A stretch of DNA of 32,000 nucleotides from Candidatus Sericytochromatia bacterium (GTDB lineage Bacteria > Cyanobacteriota > Sericytochromatia > S15B-MN24 > JAQBPE01). The stretch is from positions 42,686 through 74,685 of the forward strand of contig JAKFEW010000135.1 in assembly GCA_036675505.1 (NCBI GenBank), read 5' to 3'. Numbering within the stretch: position 1 is the first letter of the stretch; every line of letters begins with the position of its first letter. The notes beneath the pieces were generated by a model. That model was not told where the DNA came from. It did not search any database and saw nothing but the letters and a program-made list of their open reading frames with translations. The position numbers and the translations under genes are program-made. This document shows positions 25,303 to 32,000 of this stretch, piece by piece.

Positions 25303-26364
25303 ATGGCCACGATCGCCCAGGCCATCCGCCTGGCCTTGCACTACGGCGAGCAGCACCTCGGCGTCACCGACATCTTCGGCGAGGACGTCGGCCCGCCGCT
25401 CGGCGGTGTCTTCACCGCCACCCAGGGCCTCGAGACCACCTGGAACTCGCCGCTCGACGAGCGCGGCATCATCGGCATGGCGATGGGCATCGCGATGGCC
25501 GGCGGCAAGCCGGTCGCCGAGATCCAGTTCGCCGACTACATCTTCAACACGATCGATCTGCTGAAGCTCGCGGGCAACTGCCACTGGTCGAGCTACGGCC
25601 AGTTCCACCTGCCGATGGTGGTGATGACCCCGGTCGGCGCCGGCATCCACGGCTCGATTTACCACTCGCACTCGTTCGAGAGCGTGGCGAGCCATATCCC
25701 CGGCTGGAAGATCGTGGCGCCGTCGAACGCGAAGGACGCGTACGGCCTCATGATCGCGGCACTCAAGGATCCGAACCCGGTGATGTACTTGAAGTCCAAG
25801 GCGCTCATGCGCGCGGTCGGCGAAGAGCTGATCCCGGGCGAGCCCGAGGACCGCCGCGAGCTCGATCAGATGATCAACGCGCCGCTCGGCGATCGGTCGG
25901 CCTGGAAGCCGCGCTGGCCGGAAGGCCTCACGGACTACACCGTCGAGCTCGGCAAGGCCAAGGTCGTGCGTGAAGGCACGGACGTGACCGTGATTTCCTA
26001 CAGCCGCATGCTGCCGCTCTGCGCCCAGATCGCGGACGAAGTGCGGGCCAGCGAAGGGGTCTCGGCCGAGGTGATCGACCTGCGCACGATTTACCCGATC
26101 GACATGGCCACGATCGAGGCCTCGCTCAAGAAGACCGGCCGCGTGCTGGTGGTGAACGAGGACACCGAGGTCACGAACTACGGCGAGCACATCATCCGCA
26201 AGCTGATCGATCACTGCTTCTACCACCTCGAGGCGCCGCCGACGCTGCTCGCGGGCGCGGACGTCCCGGGCATCGGCCTTTCGCCGCTGCTTGAAGACGC
26301 CAGCGTGCCGCAGCCCGGCGAAATCCGCGCGAAGATCGTCGAGCTGGCCCGCCACCAGGCGTGA
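25303..26364 (+). CDS. 2-oxoacid dehydrogenase, E1 beta subunit (transketolase-like)
   Basis: GGAGG SD spanning the alpha stop. FGEDVG..GGVF..T.GL, PLDERGIIGMAMGIAMAGGKPVAEIQFADY, and C-terminal domain EVIDLRTIYPID. Confidence 0.9.
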   Translation: MATIAQAIRLALHYGEQHLGVTDIFGEDVGPPLGGVFTATQGLETTWNSPLDERGIIGMAMGIAMAGGKPVAEIQFADYIFNTIDLLKLAGNCHWSSYGQFHLPMVVMTPVGAGIHGSIYHSHSFESVASHIPGWKIVAPSNAKDAYGLMIAALKDPNPVMYLKSKALMRAVGEELIPGEPEDRRELDQMINAPLGDRSAWKPRWPEGLTDYTVELGKAKVVREGTDVTVISYSRMLPLCAQIADEVRASEGVSAEVIDLRTIYPIDMATIEASLKKTGRVLVVNEDTEVTNYGEHIIRKLIDHCFYHLEAPPTLLAGADVPGIGLSPLLEDASVPQPGEIRAKIVELARHQA

Positions 26365-26488
26365 GCCAGGGTCGCAGCCCTTCCCCGTACCCTGAGCTCG
26401 GTCGGTCTGGTAAGATGGCGGGCGACGCGCGCGATCCCGGCGGTGTCCTACGCCGGCGACGCGCCGCCCCAAGCCAGGAGACATTCCG

Positions 26489-28780
26489 ATGCCCACCATC
26501 GAAGCCACACCCGCGACGCTCGCGCCCATCTACGAACGGATGGCGCAGACCCTCGAGGTCGTGCGCAAGCGCCTGAACCGGCCGCTGACACTCGCCGAAA
26601 AGATCCTCTTCGGCCACCTCGACAACCCCGAGAACCAGCTGATCGAGGCGGGCAAGGCCTACCTGATGCTGCGTCCCGATCGCGTCATCATGCAGGACGC
26701 GACGGCCCAGATGGCCATCTTGCAGTTCATGCAGGCGGGCGTGTTCGAGACCGCGGTGCCCACCACGGTCCATGCCGACCACCTGATCCAGGCCTACCAG
26801 GGCGCGAGTAAGGACACCGAGGTCGCGAGCGTGAGCAACAAGGAGGTCTACGACTTCCTGCGCTCCGCCGCCTCGAAGTATGGCATGGGCTTCTGGGGCC
26901 CCGGCTCGGGCATCATCCACCAGGTCGTGCTCGAGAACTACGCGACCCCCGGCACGCTGATGATCGGGTCCGACTCGCACACGCCCAACGCCGGCGGCCT
27001 CGGCATGATCGCGATCGGCGTCGGCGGCGCCGACACGGTCGACGTGATGGCGGGCTACGCCTGGGAGCTCCTGCAGCCCAAGCTGATCGGCGTGAAGCTG
27101 ACCGGCAAGCTCAACGGCTGGGCCTCGCCGAAGGACGTGATCCTCTGGGTAGCGGGCCAGCTGACCGTCAAGGGCGGCACCAACGCCGTGGTCGAATACT
27201 TCGGCCCGGGCGCCGAGGCGATGTCCTGCACGGGCAAGGCGACGATCTGCAACATGGGCGCCGAGATCGGCGCCACGTCGTCGGTCTTCCCCTACGACGA
27301 GCGTATGGCGGTCTACCTGCGCGCCACCGAGCGCGCGGACCTCGTGCCCGTGATCGAGCAGTACAAGCACCTGCTCGTGGCCGACGCCGAGGTGGTGGCC
27401 GAGCCCGAGAAGTACTTCCATCAGGTGCTCGAGCTCGACCTCTCGACCCTCGAGCCGCACATCGTCGGCCCGCACAGCCCGGACTACGCCCGCCCGATCT
27501 CCGAGCTGGCCGCGGCCGTCCGCGAGCACGGCTGGCCTTCCACGGTCTCCGCGGCGCTGATCGGCTCGTGCACGAACTCCAGCTACGAAGACATCCACCG
27601 CGCCGCGCAGGTCGCGCGCCAGGCGGCCGCCCACGGGGCCACCAGCACGGCCAAGCTCTCGATCTCGCCGGGCTCCGCCGCGGTCTTCGAGACCGCCAAG
27701 CGTGACGGCCTGAACGAGCCGCTCGAGCAGATCGGCGCCGTCGTGATGGCGAATGCCTGCGGCCCGTGCATCGGCCAGTGGAAGCGCGAAGACTTCAAGA
27801 AGGGCGAGAAGAACACGATCGTCTCGTCGTTCAACCGCAACTTCCCCGGCCGCAACGACGCCAACCCCGAGACCTTCGCCTTCGTGGCGAGCCCCGAAAT
27901 CACGATCGCGATGGGGCTGGCTGGCACGCTCGAGTTCAACCCGCTCACCGACGAGGTCACCGGCGCCAACGGCGTGAAGTTCAAGCTGAACGCCCCCGAG
28001 CCCGCGCCCGAGGTGCCGGCCAACGGCTATGCAGGGCGCCGTTTCGGCTACGTTCCGCCGGCGGCCGACCCCTCGCAGGTGTCGGTCCAGGTGCCGGACG
28101 GCTCCGAGCGCCTGCAGATCCTCGAGCCGTTCACGAAGATGGTCGATCAGGAGTTCTCGGACATGCCCGTGCTGATCAAGACCAAGGGCAAGACCACGAC
28201 CGACCACATCTCGCCGGCCGGCCCGTGGCTGCGCTTCCGCGGCCACCTCGACCGCATCTCCGACAACATGCTGACCGGCGCGATCAACGCCTGGACCGGC
28301 GAGCGCGGCACCACGAACAACGTGTACTCGCAGGAGCGCAACTTGGACGTGCCCCAGGTCGCGCGCGACTACAAGGCCCGTGGCAAGCGCTGGGTGGTCG
28401 TCGGCGACGAGAACTACGGCGAAGGCTCGAGCCGCGAGCACGCGGCGATGAGCCCGCGTTACCTCGGTGCCGCGGCGGTCATCGTGCGCTCCTTCGCCCG
28501 CATCCACGAGACGAACCTCAAGAAGCAGGGGATCCTGCCGCTGACGTTCGCCGACCCGGCGGATTACGAGAAGATCAAGGAAGGCGACACCATCGCCCTG
28601 GAATACCTCCAGGAGCTCGACCCGGTCCGATCGGTCAACGCGCTCGTGAAGCACCTCGACGGCTCGCAGGACGTCATTCCGCTGACGCACACGATGAACC
28701 TCGAGCAGATCGGCTGGTTTTACGCCGGCGGCGCGCTGAACCTCCTGCGCCAGAAGGCCGGCACGGCCGCCACGCCGTAG
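26489..28780 (+). CDS. Aconitate hydratase, short (about 760 aa) mitochondrial-like type
   Basis: AGGAG SD. LTLAEKILFGHLDNP, IGSDSHTPNAGG, Fe-S cysteines in LIGSCTNSSYEDI and NACGPCIGQW, GDENYGEGSSREHAA. Its 763 aa are shorter than AcnA or AcnB. Confidence 0.92.
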   Translation: MPTIEATPATLAPIYERMAQTLEVVRKRLNRPLTLAEKILFGHLDNPENQLIEAGKAYLMLRPDRVIMQDATAQMAILQFMQAGVFETAVPTTVHADHLIQAYQGASKDTEVASVSNKEVYDFLRSAASKYGMGFWGPGSGIIHQVVLENYATPGTLMIGSDSHTPNAGGLGMIAIGVGGADTVDVMAGYAWELLQPKLIGVKLTGKLNGWASPKDVILWVAGQLTVKGGTNAVVEYFGPGAEAMSCTGKATICNMGAEIGATSSVFPYDERMAVYLRATERADLVPVIEQYKHLLVADAEVVAEPEKYFHQVLELDLSTLEPHIVGPHSPDYARPISELAAAVREHGWPSTVSAALIGSCTNSSYEDIHRAAQVARQAAAHGATSTAKLSISPGSAAVFETAKRDGLNEPLEQIGAVVMANACGPCIGQWKREDFKKGEKNTIVSSFNRNFPGRNDANPETFAFVASPEITIAMGLAGTLEFNPLTDEVTGANGVKFKLNAPEPAPEVPANGYAGRRFGYVPPAADPSQVSVQVPDGSERLQILEPFTKMVDQEFSDMPVLIKTKGKTTTDHISPAGPWLRFRGHLDRISDNMLTGAINAWTGERGTTNNVYSQERNLDVPQVARDYKARGKRWVVVGDENYGEGSSREHAAMSPRYLGAAAVIVRSFARIHETNLKKQGILPLTFADPADYEKIKEGDTIALEYLQELDPVRSVNALVKHLDGSQDVIPLTHTMNLEQIGWFYAGGALNLLRQKAGTAATP

Positions 28781-28792
28781 TCGGGAAGCCCG

Positions 28793-28841
28793 TAGGCGTC
28801 CCCCGGATCCGCGTCACAGACTCGGATCCGGGGGACGCCTA
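28793..28841. repeat. Perfect 19-bp inverted repeat (hairpin) with an 11-nt loop between the aconitase and Sel1 genes
   Basis: TAGGCGTCCCCCGGATCCG (28793-28811) pairs with CGGATCCGGGGGACGCCTA (28823-28841). No T-run follows. The hairpin ends 10 nt before ATG 28852. Confidence 0.85.
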
Positions 28842-28851
28842 GCATGGACGG

Positions 28852-29880
28852 ATGATGACGCTGAACTCGCTTCGATCGCTTCTCGCCCTGGCCATCCTGC
28901 TCGGGTCCGCCGCCCCGGCCCTCGCCGACCCGGCCTCCGACCCGATCCTCAAGGCCAGGTTCGCCGGCTTCCGTCAGGCGGCCGCTTCCGGCGACGTCGA
29001 GGCATTGGTCCATCTGGGCGTGATGCACGAGTACGGCATGGGCGTCGCGCGCAACGAGACGGAGGCGGCCCGCTGGTACCGCAAGGCCGCGGACCGCGGC
29101 GAGCTGCAGGCCCAGTTCCGGCTCGGCTACCTCTACGACCATGGCATCGGCCTCAAGGCCAACAAGCCATTGGCGCTGCGGTGGTACACGCTCGCGGCCG
29201 AGCGCGGTCTGCCGCAGGCGCAGTACTACGTGGGCCATATGTACGACGCGGGCGTCGGCGCGGCCGAGAACAACGGCAAGGCCGCCGCCTGGTACCTCAA
29301 GGCCGCCGAGGAGAACCACGCCGACGCCCAGGTCGCGCTCGGCCTGATGCTCGACGCCGGCGAGGGCGTGCGCGAGGACAACAAGCTCGCCGTGACCTGG
29401 TTCGAGCGTGCCGCGGAGCAGGAACACGCCGGCGGCGAGGTCTGCCTGGGCGTGATGTACTACCGCGGCGAGGGCGTGCCGCGCGACCTGGCGAGGGCCC
29501 AGAGCTGGTTCAAGAAGGCCGCCGCCCGCGGCGACGCGCAGGCGCTCTTCAACCTGGGCGTGATGTACACGAATGGGGACGGCGTGGCGCCCAACCAGGC
29601 CGAAGCGCTGCACTACCTCGTGCGCTCGGCCGAGGAAGGTGGCCAGGACGCGCTCGCCCACCTCGGCGACATGTACGCCACCGGCCGCGGCACCGGCCGC
29701 GACCCGATCGCCGCCGCGGCGTGGTACCGTCTGGCGCTGGACGCGGGCCGCGCGGACGCAAGGAACGGCTGGAACAAGCTGATGACGGGCCTGACGCCCG
29801 GTCAGCGCGAGGCGGTGAGGCACAAGGTCGAGGCCTTCGTGCGGCGGCGCGACGCGGTGAAAGCGGCGCTGGTGCCATAG
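28852..29880 (+). CDS. Secreted Sel1-like repeat (SLR/TPR-like) protein
   Basis: Signal peptide LLALAILLGSAAPALA, followed by about 8 repeats of the A.WY.KAA..G...AQ..LG.MY..G.GV pattern. Confidence 0.88.
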   Translation: MMTLNSLRSLLALAILLGSAAPALADPASDPILKARFAGFRQAAASGDVEALVHLGVMHEYGMGVARNETEAARWYRKAADRGELQAQFRLGYLYDHGIGLKANKPLALRWYTLAAERGLPQAQYYVGHMYDAGVGAAENNGKAAAWYLKAAEENHADAQVALGLMLDAGEGVREDNKLAVTWFERAAEQEHAGGEVCLGVMYYRGEGVPRDLARAQSWFKKAAARGDAQALFNLGVMYTNGDGVAPNQAEALHYLVRSAEEGGQDALAHLGDMYATGRGTGRDPIAAAAWYRLALDAGRADARNGWNKLMTGLTPGQREAVRHKVEAFVRRRDAVKAALVP

Positions 29881-29904
29881 GATCCTGCTGCTCGCCGGTG
29901 GAGG

Positions 29905-30600
29905 TCAGGGGTGGTGGGTGCGAGCGAAGGCGGCGACGTCCGGGCTCATGAGCGCCGAAAGGTGCTCGCGCACCTTCGCCTCCGGCCAGTCCCACCACCG
30001 GATGGCCAATAGGCGCGCGATCGTCTCGTCGTCGAACCGGTACTTCACCACCTGCGCCGGGTTGCCCGCCACGACCGCGTACGGCGGCACGTCCTTCGTC
30101 ACCACCGCGCGCGCGCCGATCACGGCGCCGTCGCCGATCGTCACGCCGGACAGGATCAAGGCGTCGAGCCCGATCCACACGTCGTTGCCGATCACCACGT
30201 CGCCGCGCGACCGTGGGTGGCCTTCGATGCCTGCGGCCTCCGGCCAGAATTCGCCGAACGGGTAGGTCGTCACCCAGTCCGAACGGTGCTCGCCGCCCAA
30301 CGCGATCGTCACGCCGCGCGCAATGGAACAGTACCTGCCGATCGCCAAAGACGTCGTTTCGTCCCAGCTCAGCACGCGCGGCGAGCCGTAGGTGTGCGCC
30401 CCGATCGCGTAATGACGGTACGCCCGCTGCTGCCGCGTAAAGGCGAAGCCGAGCGGCAGACCTGCGCAGGCGAAGCGCTTGAGCACGCGCGCGAGGTGGC
30501 GCTTCAGGCGGAACGGGATCAGCGGGGCCTCCGGGCGCGGACGCGGGCAGAACGCTCGCTTCATACCCGTCTCCCAGGCCCCCTTCCCGGGGTACAACAC
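29905..30600 (-). CDS. Xenobiotic acyltransferase (XAT) family hexapeptide-repeat acetyltransferase (Vat/CatB-like)
   Basis: [83 protein letters not shown], and RWWDWP. A basic N-terminal extension of about 55 aa is present. An alternative start is ATG 30564. Confidence 0.85.
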   Translation of the reverse strand: MLYPGKGAWETGMKRAFCPRPRPEAPLIPFRLKRHLARVLKRFACAGLPLGFAFTRQQRAYRHYAIGAHTYGSPRVLSWDETTSLAIGRYCSIARGVTIALGGEHRSDWVTTYPFGEFWPEAAGIEGHPRSRGDVVIGNDVWIGLDALILSGVTIGDGAVIGARAVVTKDVPPYAVVAGNPAQVVKYRFDDETIARLLAIRWWDWPEAKVREHLSALMSPDVAAFARTHHP

Positions 30601-30602
30601 CC

Positions 30603-31376
30603 GTGATGCCGCGACCGGCGCCCCGCCTCGTCCAGAACCTCCCCGGCCCCTTGGTCGACCTCCTCCGCCGGGTGAACAACCTGCGCGGCATCCGGCCGCG
30701 CGATCTCGCAGACGCCGCGAAGCTACGCGTGTATTGGGCGGTCGCGCCCTACACCCACGTGCGCTGGAAGCGCTTCGCGAATGTCTTCGACCTCGCCGCC
30801 GCGGCCGCGGCGCGGGATCTGCCGGGCTCGTTCGTGGAATGCGGGGTCTGGCGCGGCGGGTGCGCGGGCGTGCTGGCCGACCGGGCCCGCCAGGAAGGTC
30901 GCGGCCGCCTCACCTGGCTTTTCGACTCCTTCGCCGGGCTGCCCGCGCCGACGGCGGCGGACGGCGCCGAAGCGGCGCATTACGCGGGCGGGCGGGCGGA
31001 CGGCGCGCTCTCGCCGATCGGCCGTTGCGTGGGGCCGCTCGCCGACGTGCGACGATTGCTCTTCGACACGCTCGCCATCGACGAGGGCGCGGTGCGCATC
31101 GTGCCCGGTTGGTTCCAGGACACGCTGGCCGCCACGCGGGACCAGATCGGCCCGATCGCCGTGCTGCGGCTCGACGGCGACTGGTACGCGTCCACCAAGG
31201 TGTGCCTGGAAACGCTCTACGACCTCGTCGTGCCGGGAGGCTACGTGATCGTCGACGACTATGGCGACTGGCCGGGCTGCCGCCGTGCCACCGATGAGTT
31301 CCTGGCGGCGCGTGGGCTCGATGTGCGGCTCGAGCGGATCGATCGCGGCGGGCGCTGGTTCGCCAAGCCCGCATGA
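30603..31376 (+). CDS. TylF/MycF-family (macrocin-O-methyltransferase-like) SAM-dependent methyltransferase
   Basis: [48 protein letters not shown] 30603 or ATG 30606 start. Divergent from the XAT gene with essentially no spacer. Confidence 0.85.
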   Translation: MMPRPAPRLVQNLPGPLVDLLRRVNNLRGIRPRDLADAAKLRVYWAVAPYTHVRWKRFANVFDLAAAAAARDLPGSFVECGVWRGGCAGVLADRARQEGRGRLTWLFDSFAGLPAPTAADGAEAAHYAGGRADGALSPIGRCVGPLADVRRLLFDTLAIDEGAVRIVPGWFQDTLAATRDQIGPIAVLRLDGDWYASTKVCLETLYDLVVPGGYVIVDDYGDWPGCRRATDEFLAARGLDVRLERIDRGGRWFAKPA

Positions 31377-31383
31377 GCCAGCC

Positions 31384-32000
31384 ATGAAGGCCTGGCGCTG
31401 GGCGATCGCGATCGCGTTGCTCGCGGCCCTGCTAATCCCGGCGGCCAGCCGGTGGGAGACCGTTCGCAGCCACGTGGCGGCCTTCGACTGGCGTTGGGGG
31501 CTCGTGGCGTTGGTCGGCGTCGCGCTGGTGAACGCGATTTCGTGCCTCTGCTGGCGGCGTTGGCTCGGCGGTATGGGCCGCGATCTCCCCTTCGCCCAGG
31601 CCTTCCGGATCATGTACCAGGCCAACCTCGCGAAGTACCTGCCCGGCGGGGCCTGGCACGTGGTCGGGCGAGCCGCCATGGGCGAAGCGGCCGGCATCCC
31701 GGCTGAGACGGTGCTCGCCTCGATGGCGCTGGACACGGCCTTCCACGTGGCGACCGCCGCAATCGTGGGAGTGCCCGTCGTGGTGCTGGCAGGCGGCGTG
31801 TTGCCCGGCCTGGACCCGCGCTGGCTGGTCGCCGGGGCGATCGGCGCGCTCGCCGCCCTGCATCCACGACTCATCGCGGCGGGGCTCGCCGTCGCCATGC
31901 GGCTCACGGGGCGCGCGGAGGTAGCGGTGCCGCTCGGCTACCGGTTCATGGTGAGCCAGGCGCTGCTCTATGCCGCCAACTGGGCGTTGCTCGGCCTGGC
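31384..32000 (+). CDS. Flippase-like / lysylphosphatidylglycerol-synthase TM-region (UPF0104-like) membrane protein; 5' part only
   Basis: The frame is open from ATG 31384 to the window end (205 codons), so it is absent from the ORF track. Begins MKAWRWAIAIALLAALLIP, has multiple TM segments and the motif KYLPGGAWHVVGR. Its start lies 7 nt after the TylF stop. Confidence 0.7.
   Translation, partial: MKAWRWAIAIALLAALLIPAASRWETVRSHVAAFDWRWGLVALVGVALVNAISCLCWRRWLGGMGRDLPFAQAFRIMYQANLAKYLPGGAWHVVGRAAMGEAAGIPAETVLASMALDTAFHVATAAIVGVPVVVLAGGVLPGLDPRWLVAGAIGALAALHPRLIAAGLAVAMRLTGRAEVAVPLGYRFMVSQALLYAANWALLGL

Noticed and set aside
26192-28690. An 832-aa minus-strand ORF. Similar long shadow ORFs are 17821..19506, 11524..12744, 1361..2488, 22524..23999, 28720..29823, 30723..31907, 24231..25325 and 25246..26529.
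   Set aside because: All are antisense or out of frame to genes with clear family motifs (aconitase, murA, rpoD, batB, peptidase, Sel1, TylF, E1 alpha and beta). Their translations are Arg/Gly/Pro/His-rich with no motifs. This is the standard high-GC artefact.
28801-28830. Two GGATCC (BamHI) sites in the 19-bp hairpin as a sign of a cloning artefact
   Set aside because: They are simply the two halves of the palindrome. The surrounding sequence is native in composition and gene content.

Overview
High-GC bacterial chromosomal window, densely packed with about 26 protein genes and one tRNA. Most of it looks like ordinary core genome. Recognisable genes are a truncated Bat-type (VWA/TPR) envelope operon, tRNA-Leu(GAG), a RecD2-type helicase, a class I/II aminotransferase, a DksA/TraR zinc-finger protein, two SAM-methyltransferase-like genes, an RpoD/SigA-like sigma-70, an orphan OmpR-family response regulator, murA, a DUF2233-type phosphodiester glycosidase, a NUDIX hydrolase, an M3-like zinc peptidase, 2-oxoacid dehydrogenase E1 alpha and beta, a short (about 760 aa) aconitase, a Sel1-repeat protein, and a XAT acetyltransferase / TylF methyltransferase / flippase-like trio. 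Two CDSs run off the window edges (1..543 minus, 31384..32000 plus) and are missing from the supplied ORF track. Many long Arg/Gly/Pro-rich ORFs in the track are antisense shadows of real genes, as expected in high-GC DNA. I see no CRISPR array, integrase, transposase, or recognised defence or toxin-antitoxin system, so I cannot honestly name a clear novel system. The best second-look candidates are: (1) a three-gene minus-strand operon of a membrane-anchored protein, an M3-like peptidase and an unusual RyR-domain plus tandem AbrB/MraZ-like fusion; (2) a plus-strand run of an orphan response regulator, a lipoprotein, a secreted protein and an Ala-rich helical protein with a C-terminal bilobed hydrophobic hairpin, which may have a distant paralog at the left edge downstream of the Bat operon; (3) a 154-bp element with 31-bp inverted arms made of TTTGAG repeats around a hairpin, downstream of the sigma gene; (4) tandem copies of the recD2 3' end next to tRNA-Leu, one carrying a canonical G-quadruplex motif; (5) apparent over-representation of the GCGATCGC (HIP1) octamer. 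All functional calls rest on motif recognition by eye, not on searches.
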